Part shown: positions 10,395 to 17,956 of the stretch, piece by piece
Layout: each line of letters begins with the position of its first letter
How positions within the stretch are numbered: position 1 is the stretch's first letter
NCBI RefSeq assembly: GCF_000007985.2
Contig: NC_002939.5
Coordinates: 720,001 to 752,000, forward strand
Direction of reading: 5' to 3'
Length of the DNA: 32,000 nucleotides
Origin: Geobacter sulfurreducens PCA
GTDB lineage: Bacteria > Desulfobacterota > Desulfuromonadia > Geobacterales > Geobacteraceae
Program-made: the position numbers and the translations under genes
The notes under the pieces: generated by a model
What the model was told of the DNA's origin: nothing
Seen by the model: the letters and a program-made list of their open reading frames with translations, nothing else
Database searches by the model: none

Positions 10395-10956
10395 GGGGCT
10401 CAGCGGTGCGGTCCCGCTGGCGCACTTTTTCCTGCGCGAACGGGTGAAGCCGGGGGACCGGGTGGTCGACGCCACCTGCGGCAACGGCCATGATACCCTC
10501 TTTCTCGCGGAGCTGGTGGGGCCGGAGGGACGGGTCTGGGCGTTCGATATTCAGGATGCGGCCCTGGCCGCCACGGCGAAGCGGTTGGAAGCGGCCGGAT
10601 GCGGGGAGCGGGTGGAGCTGGTCAACGGCGGTCACGAACGGCTGGCGGAACTGGTGCCCGGTCCGGTGACCGCCGTGGTGTTCAACTTGGGGTTTCTGCC
10701 CGGCGCGGAGAACGGCACGATCACCACCCCGGCAACCACCGGCGCGGCCCTGGACCAGGCGACGGAACTACTCCTGCCCGGCGGCATCGTTACGGTGGCG
10801 GTCTACACCGGCCATCCCGGCGGGCCGGAAGAGGAGGCAGCCGTGGATGCCTGGGCAGCCTCCCTGCCGCCGGCACGTTTCAATGTCTGGCGCTGCCGCC
10901 AGGGCAACCGTTCGTCCGCCGCGCCCTACCTGGTGGTGGCTGAGTGCCGCGCCTGA
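10387..10956 (+). CDS. Class I SAM-dependent methyltransferase (YtqB/MnmM-like, 'putative rRNA methylase' family)
   Basis: 189 aa. SAM-binding motif VVDATCGNGHDTLFLAELVG...VWAFDIQ, plus NLGFLPG and VAVYTGHPGG motifs as I remember for the YtqB family. The GTG start overlaps the hpnN stop by 8 nt (gtgactag). Confidence 0.75.
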   Translation: MTRGLSGAVPLAHFFLRERVKPGDRVVDATCGNGHDTLFLAELVGPEGRVWAFDIQDAALAATAKRLEAAGCGERVELVNGGHERLAELVPGPVTAVVFNLGFLPGAENGTITTPATTGAALDQATELLLPGGIVTVAVYTGHPGGPEEEAAVDAWAASLPPARFNVWRCRQGNRSSAAPYLVVAECRA

Positions 10957-10968
10957 GCGCCCCTCCCT

Positions 10969-11334
10969 TTACCCTCCGGCCCGCTTGACGATGAATCCCC
11001 GCCGCGTGAGCTCGGCTACCAGAAGGTCGGCGTGATCGCCCTGGATCTCCACGACCCCCTCCTTCACCGTGCCGCCGGTGCCGCAGCGGCGCTTGAGCTC
11101 ACCGGCAAGCTCCCTGACCCCCGCCTCGTTCAGGGGGACTCCCGTGATCACGGTTACCGTCTTGCCGCCCCGCCCTTTTGTTTCGCGCCTGACCCGCACA
11201 ATGCCGTCTCCGGCCGGGGCCGCGCCCTTTTCCCGGCAGGAACAGGATGCAACCGGCTTGCCGCAGCCGGAACAGATTCGACCGTGTTCCGACGACCAGA
11301 CAAGGGTGGCGCCGGACGAGCTTTTCCCTTTCAT
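10969..11334 (-). CDS. yciH: SUI1-family translation initiation factor-like protein YciH
   Basis: 121 aa from the ATG at 11334, preceded by a GGAAGGA RBS. SUI1 domain signature: VRVRRETKGRGGKTVTVITGV...LAGELKRRCGTGGTVKEGVVEIQGDH. The longer 203-aa ORF is an artefactual extension in another gene's region. Confidence 0.85.
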   Translation of the reverse strand: MKGKSSSGATLVWSSEHGRICSGCGKPVASCSCREKGAAPAGDGIVRVRRETKGRGGKTVTVITGVPLNEAGVRELAGELKRRCGTGGTVKEGVVEIQGDHADLLVAELTRRGFIVKRAGG

Positions 11335-11564
11335 TGTTCCTTCCCCCCCGAAAAGCGCCGGCCCAGGTCCCGGCCCGCCTTGAAGCCCAGCAGCGCCAGG
11401 GGCCAGGCATGCCAGAGCAGATCGAAGATGTCGATGGGACGCGTCAGGGTCCCGGCCGACAGCATCCGGAACTTTTCGACCAGGTGAGGCTCCGGCACGA
11501 AGGGGGCCATGCCCAGGATCAGGGCGAGAGGAATCAGGACAGGGTACGTCATCAGGTGTTTCAT
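11331..11564 (-). CDS. Small hydrophobic protein (77 aa), unknown function
   Basis: GAAGAGG RBS 7 nt before the ATG. Hydrophobic N-terminus (YPVLIPLALILGMAPFV) and a second hydrophobic stretch (LLWHAWPLALLGF). Its stop overlaps the yciH start in an ATGA junction (11331-11334). Confidence 0.55.
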   Translation of the reverse strand: MKHLMTYPVLIPLALILGMAPFVPEPHLVEKFRMLSAGTLTRPIDIFDLLWHAWPLALLGFKAGRDLGRRFSGGKEQ

Positions 11565-11598
11565 GGATTGACCTCTTCATGTGGTGTTGCGGCCCGGT

Positions 11599-12519
11599 TC
11601 AGACGGCCGGCACGGGAATTCCCCGGTCAACGAGGAACCGGATCACTTCGTCCAGCCGGGGCGCTCCCCGCTGGGCACCCAGGTGAAGGCATGAAAGGGC
11701 CGCCGCGGCCGAGGCGAAGATCACCGTCTCCCGCAACGGCCACCCCTTGAGGAGCCCGAACAGATAGCCCCCGTGAAAGACATCCCCGGCACCCGTGGTG
11801 TCCAGGGTCGTTACGGGAAACGCCGGCACGTGGCAGGTCGTTCCGTCGTGCCGGGTGAGGCTCCCCCTGTCGCCCAAGGTAACGGTGACTGTCGGTGCGC
11901 CGAGGCCGTCGGCAAGCCGTGCGAACTGCTCCTCGGAACCGTCCCAGCCCAAGTCGAGGAAGAACTGCTCCGCCGCCACCAGGTAATCGCAGAGTTTCGC
12001 GAGCTCCCGCATCCCAGGACGCATCCGGCCCGCGTCCACCATGACCGGGATTCCCCGGCGCCGGGCCTCCCGGACCCCATGGAGGGACGCCTCTTCCATG
12101 AGCCCGTCCAGGTGGAGGAAGGCGCTGCCGGACCAGAACGGCTCCTCAAGTTCCGCAGGGGCCAGGTGGGCGCCGGTGGGGCGCTGCCAGACGATGGTCC
12201 GCCGCCCGCCGGTCCGTTCGACCATGATGAAGGCCCGCTGGGAGGCGGCTCCCGGCCGGGTGAGCAGATGGGTCACGTCAATTCCTTCCGCGTGGAGCGC
12301 ATGGCGGATCAGCGCGCCCGCGGCATCGTCCCCCACCACACCGGCAAAGCGGCACTGCAGGCCGAGTCTCGCCACAGTCACCAGTGCCGTGGCCGCCGGC
12401 CCTCCTCCCTGCTCCACCCATTGTCCCGATTCTGCTTTGCTGTCGGGCGAGGGATACTCCTCCACCTCAGCCAGCGTGTCCCAGCAGCACTGTCCCAGTC
12501 CCGTCACAACCATCGTCAC
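11599..12519 (-). CDS. PfkB-family carbohydrate kinase (ribokinase-like)
   Basis: 306 aa with the C-terminal PfkB signature DTTGAGDVFHGGYLFG and ribokinase-like length. Substrate not assignable from sequence. Confidence 0.85.
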   Translation of the reverse strand: MTMVVTGLGQCCWDTLAEVEEYPSPDSKAESGQWVEQGGGPAATALVTVARLGLQCRFAGVVGDDAAGALIRHALHAEGIDVTHLLTRPGAASQRAFIMVERTGGRRTIVWQRPTGAHLAPAELEEPFWSGSAFLHLDGLMEEASLHGVREARRRGIPVMVDAGRMRPGMRELAKLCDYLVAAEQFFLDLGWDGSEEQFARLADGLGAPTVTVTLGDRGSLTRHDGTTCHVPAFPVTTLDTTGAGDVFHGGYLFGLLKGWPLRETVIFASAAAALSCLHLGAQRGAPRLDEVIRFLVDRGIPVPAV

Positions 12520-12561
12520 GTCTCCGTGTGCATCTGCTCGTAAAGGTTTATTAAAAAACCA

Positions 12562-12582
12562 GTAAACATTAAAATTGTTTAC
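12562..12582. promoter_or_regulatory. Palindromic candidate operator GTAAACA-N7-TGTTTAC
   Basis: Perfect 7-bp inverted arms (12562-12568 and 12576-12582) in the AT-rich divergent intergenic region between the pfkB operon and the histidine kinase gene. A related GTTACATTTG follows about 20 bp downstream. Confidence 0.35.
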
Positions 12583-12657
12583 ATTGTCGTCGCAATTCGG
12601 TTACATTTGCAAACTTATTCCATCCTGCCCTGATCAAATTCAAATCCGGAGCACTGA

Positions 12658-14466
12658 ATGAATTCCGACCGCCTCGCCTTGATCCTGGAAACCGCCACCG
12701 ACGGATTCTGGGATTGGGACCTGCGCGCTGACCGACTTTTCCTGAGTGAAGGCTACCGCACCCTGATCGGCTACTCATCCGACGAAACCTTTATTGACAG
12801 CGTCTTTATCGAGGCAATCGTCCATCCCGACGATCGGCCCGCGTGCGTGCCGGTCATCAGAGACCTCATGGATGGGAGCCGCATCTCGGCCACCCTTGAA
12901 TACCGTATCCTGCGGGGTGACGGCGCCACCGTCTGGGTCCAGGCGCGGGGGACCGCCGTGGACCATGATGACGCCGGTCGCCCGGCCCGGATGGTGGGGA
13001 CCATCTTCGATATAACCGCACGCAAGCGGAACGAGGAACAACTCGTCCTGATGGGGGCGGTGGTCGATGATGCCACCGATGAAATCTTCTGGGCGGACCG
13101 CCAGGGGCGCCTGGTGTATGTCAACCGGGCGGCCTGCGAGAACCTCGGTTATTCCCGCGAAGAGCTCCTCTCCATGACCGTCAGCGACGTGGATCCCCTG
13201 GTCCCCTCCGACCGCTGGCCCGTCATGTGGGAAACGGTGCGGCTCCAGGGTGGGTTCGTTATGGACTCGGTCCACCGGACCCGGGACGGCCGCGACATCC
13301 CCAAGGAGATTTCCGTCAGGTATGCGAGCATCGGTGGGCGGGAGATCGTCTACGGCTTTGCCCGTGATATCAGCGAGCGGAAACGGGTGGAAGAAGCCCT
13401 GCGCACCAGTGAGCACCGGCTGCGGCTCATGGTGGAGCATCTGCCTGCAGGCGCCGCCCACCGGGAGGGTGACCGGCTCCTGGTCAACCGGGCAGTGGAA
13501 GAGATAACCGGTTACCGGCGCCATGAACTGGACACCCTCGACAAGTGGTTTTCTACCATCTACGGCGAGCAGGCCGCAGAGGTCCGCGCCGTCTACGAGG
13601 CGGATCGCGCGGCGGGGATGCGCGTCCCCCGCATCATGCCCGTCAGGCGCAAGGACGGCACGATCCGCCACCTGGAGTTCTTCGGTTACCAGTACGAATC
13701 GGGCGAGGTCTGGCTCCTGCACGACGTCACCGACCGTCGGGCCGTCGAGGAGGAAATCCGGCGGCTGAATGCCGACCTGGAAGCGCGGGTCCGGGAGCGC
13801 ACCGCCGACCTGGAGTCGTTCTGTCACTCGGTCTCCCATGACCTGCGGGCACCCCTGCGGCACATCGCCGGCTATGCACGGATGCTCCAGGAGGACTACC
13901 GGGACCGTCTCGATGACACCGGCCGCCACTGCCTGTCGCGCATCGGCCGGGCGGCGGTCAATATGGGTGAGCTGGTGGACGGGCTCCTGAGTCTGTCTCA
14001 CATCTCACGGGAGGACATTGAGCGCCGTAATGTCAGCCTGAGCTCCATTGCGCGCTCGGTGGGCCGCGAATTGTCCGAACGGGAGCCGGACCGCAAGGTG
14101 GAACTCGAGGTTGCCGACGGGATCAACGGTTGCGGTGACCCGCGCCTGCTCAGGATACTGTTCGAAAACCTCCTGGGCAATGCCTGGAAGTTTACTGCAC
14201 GTGTCGAGCGGCCCAAGGTCGAGTTCCGCATGGAGTCCCGCGATGGCAAAAATGTGTATGTCGTCCGCGACAACGGCGTTGGCTTCGATATGCGCTATGT
14301 TCACAAGCTCTTCGGTTCCTTCGAGCGGCTCCACGGCCCCGAGGAATTCTCCGGCCCAGGCATGGGGCTGGCCATTGTCCGCCGGATCGTGGAACGCCAC
14401 GGCGGCACGGTCCGGGCCGAGAGCGAGATCGGACGGGGGGCCGCGTTCTCCTTCACTCTCGGCTGA
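12658..14466 (+). CDS. Multi-PAS sensor histidine kinase
   Basis: 602 aa with a GGAG RBS 7 nt upstream. About three PAS/PAC modules, then the HisKA H-box FCHSVSHDLRAPLRHI and the HATPase_c N/G boxes (NLLGNAWKF, VRDNGVGF, GPGMGLAIV). Confidence 0.9.
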   Translation: MNSDRLALILETATDGFWDWDLRADRLFLSEGYRTLIGYSSDETFIDSVFIEAIVHPDDRPACVPVIRDLMDGSRISATLEYRILRGDGATVWVQARGTAVDHDDAGRPARMVGTIFDITARKRNEEQLVLMGAVVDDATDEIFWADRQGRLVYVNRAACENLGYSREELLSMTVSDVDPLVPSDRWPVMWETVRLQGGFVMDSVHRTRDGRDIPKEISVRYASIGGREIVYGFARDISERKRVEEALRTSEHRLRLMVEHLPAGAAHREGDRLLVNRAVEEITGYRRHELDTLDKWFSTIYGEQAAEVRAVYEADRAAGMRVPRIMPVRRKDGTIRHLEFFGYQYESGEVWLLHDVTDRRAVEEEIRRLNADLEARVRERTADLESFCHSVSHDLRAPLRHIAGYARMLQEDYRDRLDDTGRHCLSRIGRAAVNMGELVDGLLSLSHISREDIERRNVSLSSIARSVGRELSEREPDRKVELEVADGINGCGDPRLLRILFENLLGNAWKFTARVERPKVEFRMESRDGKNVYVVRDNGVGFDMRYVHKLFGSFERLHGPEEFSGPGMGLAIVRRIVERHGGTVRAESEIGRGAAFSFTLG

Positions 14467-15097
14467 TTCCCCGTTCCACCAGTTCAGCCAGCTCTTCCAG
14501 GCTTGCCACCGCCAGATCGGTGAACTGGGGCCAGCGGAAGGCTCGGGTCCGGTCCACGTGTACCGTGAGCGCCCCTGCCGACCGGCCGCACTGGAGGTCG
14601 AAGAGGTAGTCCCCCACCATTACCGCAGACCGTCCGGTTGTCCCCCAGGATGCCGCCAGGCGGAGGATGCCGTCCGGCTCCGGCTTGGGGAGTGCGTCGT
14701 GACGCCCCAGAATGCTCCCGGCCGGGAAGTAGCTCCCCACGCCGATATGTTCCAGCACCCGCAGCGCCACCTGTCTCGTGTTGCGGGTCACGATCCCCAT
14801 GCGTACTCCGCGCCGGTCCAGGGCCTGCACCAGGCGCCGGGCTCCGGCGGACGCCTCGGCCCGGCCCGCCAGTTCGATCTCGATTTCGTCCAGAAGTCCG
14901 TGTAGACGCCGCGACTCCCCTTCGGGGAGAGTGTCCAGATGGCCGAGGATGTCGCACCCCGCCGGCACCCCCAGGGCGGCGCGTATGGCGGCGAAGTCGT
15001 GAACCGGCTCGGTCAGGGTTCCATCCATGTCGAAGATCCAGTAAGGGCGCGCCAGCAGGTCAGGCACGACCGGGTCCGGACGCCGTTCGTCCGTCAT
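14453..15097 (-). CDS. HAD-superfamily hydrolase (phosphatase, subfamily IA-like)
   Basis: 214 aa. HAD motif I FDMDGTLT, motif II VTRN, and a motif III/IV region VMVGDYLFD. The start overlaps the stop of the upstream gene (ATGA at 15094-15097). Confidence 0.85.
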   Translation of the reverse strand: MTDERRPDPVVPDLLARPYWIFDMDGTLTEPVHDFAAIRAALGVPAGCDILGHLDTLPEGESRRLHGLLDEIEIELAGRAEASAGARRLVQALDRRGVRMGIVTRNTRQVALRVLEHIGVGSYFPAGSILGRHDALPKPEPDGILRLAASWGTTGRSAVMVGDYLFDLQCGRSAGALTVHVDRTRAFRWPQFTDLAVASLEELAELVERGISRE

Positions 15098-15813
15098 CGT
15101 TCGCCCCCCCGCTGTTGAACCCGGCCGAGAACAGCTTCCAGCAGTGCAGCACTCTGGGCGAGCTGCCCGTAGGTCTCCTCCGGGGTCATGTCCCGGTTTT
15201 CCCGCCGCATCCGCTCGGCCAGCCGGCTGGCGCCATTGGCGATTCGCGTGATCTCCCGGGCCAGGTCCGCTTCGAAACTCTCCCTGCCCAGGGCCACCGG
15301 CGCCATGAGCCGCTGGATACGCTCAACGTCACGGAGAACCGATTTTTCCACGATGCCGTCGTTTCGTTCGTGGCGCCTCCGGTTGAAGTCGTCGTAGGGG
15401 GTGTTGTGCAGGGGCATGGAAAGATCCGCCAGGTAGTGGGCAGCGTAGGCCAGGTGGTATTCGGCGTACTTCCCCTCGCGGCTGGAGCGTTCGTATCCCC
15501 GGAGCGCGGCGATGATGGCGCCGTAGAGATGGCCCTCTTCATCGGATGGATCGTTGTAGCGGGCAATCTGGCCGAGGACCGTCCCGACGGTCACCGCCTC
15601 GCCCCGGTTGTTGTTGCAGTAGTGGTTGCGCTGTTCGATGTTTCCCGCCTTCTGCTTGGCGATATCCGGTCCTGCCGCGTTGTACCACTTGTGGTAGCCG
15701 GCCGCCCGTGCAACCGCCAGGTGGGTTTCATCGTGCCAGCCATGGGCAGCGCCCGCTGCGGCGAGCAGATGCCCGGCAAGCGCCGCGGTGATGATGCGAA
15801 GATAATGCCTCAT
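15094..15813 (-). CDS. Secreted zinc-dependent phospholipase C / P1-nuclease superfamily protein
   Basis: 239 aa with a signal peptide ending AAHG. The predicted mature N-terminus, W-HDETH, resembles the N-terminal Trp zinc ligand of PLC/P1 nuclease. The HYLADLSMPLH motif has the H-x3-D-x5-H spacing of the PLC zinc site (His118/Asp122/His128 of B. cereus PLC, from memory). Confidence 0.6.
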   Translation of the reverse strand: MRHYLRIITAALAGHLLAAAGAAHGWHDETHLAVARAAGYHKWYNAAGPDIAKQKAGNIEQRNHYCNNNRGEAVTVGTVLGQIARYNDPSDEEGHLYGAIIAALRGYERSSREGKYAEYHLAYAAHYLADLSMPLHNTPYDDFNRRRHERNDGIVEKSVLRDVERIQRLMAPVALGRESFEADLAREITRIANGASRLAERMRRENRDMTPEETYGQLAQSAALLEAVLGRVQQRGGER

Positions 15814-15943
15814 GATTGTTCCTCCGGCGGCGTCCGGTTCGCCGCCCGGTCAATGGTAGCAGAAGATCGGGGAAAAACAGAGAACCAAAATGGAGTACAA
15901 TTGTCTGGCAGCGCACTGCGAAAACCAGCGTGAGGGGGGTGTC

Positions 15944-16702
15944 ATGCCGCTCAAGGGAAAGGTTGCCGTAGTTACCGGGGGAGCCCAGGGAATCGGCAAG
16001 GCGGTCGTGAAGAAGCTGATGGAAAAGGGATGCGCCGTGGTCATGGCCGACACGGACTGGGAGGCCGGGGAGGAAACGGCCGCCGGGTTCGCCGGACTCG
16101 GCCGGGTCCTGTTCGTTCCCGCCGACGTGGGCCGGGAGGACGATGTCCGCGTGCTCGTGGAGCGGGCGGCGTCGCATTTCGGCAGGCTGGACATCCTGGT
16201 CTGCAATGCCGGCGTCTTCCGGAGCGTTCCCCTGGAGCACTGTTCCCTGGACGAATGGCAGAGGCTAATCGGCACCAATCTGACCGGCGCCTTTCTCTGC
16301 GCGAAGCACGCTGCACCGTTCCTGGCGTGCCACGGCGGCAGCATCGTCACCATCGCCTCCACCCGGGCATTCATGTCCGAGCCCGACACCGAGGCCTACG
16401 CCGCGTCCAAGGGGGGGCTGGTGGCGCTCACCCATGCCCTGGCCGTTTCCCTCGGCCCCGGCGTGCGGGTGAACTGCATCTCTCCCGGCTGGATCGAGAC
16501 CTGCGAGTGGCAGAAGGCGAGCCGTCGCCGGCCCGCGGCACATTCGGAGGAGGACCGGAGCCAGCACCCCGCCGGCCGGGTCGGCACGCCGGAGGATGTG
16601 GCATCCCTGGCGGCGTGGCTGGTCTCGCCCGAGGCGGGATTCGTCACCGGCGTCAATTTCGTGGTGGACGGGGGAATGACGCGGAAGATGGTGTACGTGT
16701 AA
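15944..16702 (+). CDS. Classical short-chain dehydrogenase/reductase
   Basis: 252 aa from the ATG at 15944, preceded by a GAGGGGGG RBS. TGGAQGIG cofactor motif, NAG, and catalytic YAASK. The 15890 start is an RBS-less extension. Confidence 0.9.
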   Translation: MPLKGKVAVVTGGAQGIGKAVVKKLMEKGCAVVMADTDWEAGEETAAGFAGLGRVLFVPADVGREDDVRVLVERAASHFGRLDILVCNAGVFRSVPLEHCSLDEWQRLIGTNLTGAFLCAKHAAPFLACHGGSIVTIASTRAFMSEPDTEAYAASKGGLVALTHALAVSLGPGVRVNCISPGWIETCEWQKASRRRPAAHSEEDRSQHPAGRVGTPEDVASLAAWLVSPEAGFVTGVNFVVDGGMTRKMVYV

Positions 16703-16705
16703 CTC

Positions 16706-17905
16706 TCAGCCGATTTCCACGATCTTTCCTCCCGGCAGGAGCCGGAAGAGGTTGCCGCGCCAGCGGACCCGGTTGCCGGCGAAGGAGAGGGCCCAGGTGG
16801 CGAAGGCGAGGATGTCGCGCAGGGGGAGGAGCCAGAGCCAGCGGGGGAAGATGCCGTCCCGCAGGTACCGGCGGCTGAAGGTAACGGCCACCAGGGCGCG
16901 GGTCAGGTAGAGGAGGATCACCGCCCCCCATCCGGCGGCGGAACAGCCCGACACCAGAAGTGCCAGGCAGGCCAGGGGAACGGGCTGGGTGATGCCCGAG
17001 CCCAGGTAGCCGCCGGGGCGCGAGGCCCGCATGGTGCGGCACCAGCGGAGCTGGCGGGAGAGGACCGTGGTCAGGTTCTCCCGGTGCATGACGCTCTCCA
17101 CGAAACAGTCCGACAGCTCCAGCCGCCAGCCGGCCCGGTGGATCTTGTTGCCCAGCTGGTAGTCGTCGGCCAGATAGTGGGTCAGGGCCGGGAAGCCGCC
17201 GATGGACTCCAGTGCCGTGCGCCGCACCGCCATGGAGGCGCCCAGGGCGAAGGAAAGCCCTTCGAGCCGTTGGGCGACCATGACGTTCGGCACCATCTCC
17301 ACTGTGAACCCCATGGCCTCCAGGGCCGTGGCGGCGCCCCGTACGCCGGGGCTCCGGTAGAGAGAGGTGACGAGCCCCACTGCCGGGTCGGCGAACGGCG
17401 CGGTCACCTCCCCCAGATAGTCGGACGTGACACGGATGTCGCTGTCGCAGACGATGAGGATGTCGTGCCTGGCCCTTGGGAAGGCGTTGATCAGGTTGGA
17501 GACCTTGTAGTTGGGGCCATGGATGGTGCCGTCCACCACCAGATCGATGTCACGGTCCGGAAACTCGGCCATGAGGCGCCGGATCACCGGAATGACCGGG
17601 TCGTCGGCCGAGGCGCAGGCAAAGAGCATCTGCCACGGCCCGCCGTACTCCTGGCGGCAGAAGGAGGCGAAGTTCTCGAAGCTCTCTGCGTCCATCCCCT
17701 TGACCGGCTTGAGGATGGTCACCGGCGGGGTGTGTCCCGGTCCGGGTCGCTGCCGGCCGAACCAGGCCCGGGCGCAGAAGAGTGCCAGGAGCCCGTAGGC
17801 CAGCGGCGGGAGAACGGCGAGGAGGGGAAGCAGGGTGTCGGGCGTCACGGGAACCTCTCTGCGGCGCGCCCCTAGTGTCCGGCGCGGCAGGGCTATTCTC
17901 TCCAT
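16706..17905 (-). CDS. Membrane glycosyltransferase, GT2/GT21 (ceramide glucosyltransferase / HpnI-like)
   Basis: N-terminal TM segment, VTILKPVKG start of the GT-A domain, DSD (CDSDIRV) metal motif, Q-x-x-RW-like motif (SRQLRWCRT), and C-terminal TM helices. The real start may be the GTG at 17848, which has a GAGAGG RBS 5 nt upstream. The ATG at 17905 has no RBS. Confidence 0.8.
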   Translation of the reverse strand: MERIALPRRTLGARRREVPVTPDTLLPLLAVLPPLAYGLLALFCARAWFGRQRPGPGHTPPVTILKPVKGMDAESFENFASFCRQEYGGPWQMLFACASADDPVIPVIRRLMAEFPDRDIDLVVDGTIHGPNYKVSNLINAFPRARHDILIVCDSDIRVTSDYLGEVTAPFADPAVGLVTSLYRSPGVRGAATALEAMGFTVEMVPNVMVAQRLEGLSFALGASMAVRRTALESIGGFPALTHYLADDYQLGNKIHRAGWRLELSDCFVESVMHRENLTTVLSRQLRWCRTMRASRPGGYLGSGITQPVPLACLALLVSGCSAAGWGAVILLYLTRALVAVTFSRRYLRDGIFPRWLWLLPLRDILAFATWALSFAGNRVRWRGNLFRLLPGGKIVEIG

Positions 17906-17956
17906 TTGGGCTGATTATGCAACCCCTTTTTCCCCCAGGGAAGCGGTTCCGACGGC

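Noticed and set aside
10969-11580. Single 203-aa ORF spanning the yciH region
   Set aside because: Only the C-terminal 121 aa form the SUI1 domain, and these have their own RBS and ATG at 11334. The upstream part is P/G/A/R-rich. It overlaps a better-supported 77-aa gene in another frame.
12775-14001. 408-aa ORF on the - strand
   Set aside because: Antisense to the PAS histidine kinase; no motifs, a high-GC artefact.
15906-15920. Sigma-54-like TGGCAGCGCACTGCG upstream of the SDR gene
   Set aside because: The spacing is one nucleotide short of the -24/-12 consensus and the -12 element lacks TTGC.
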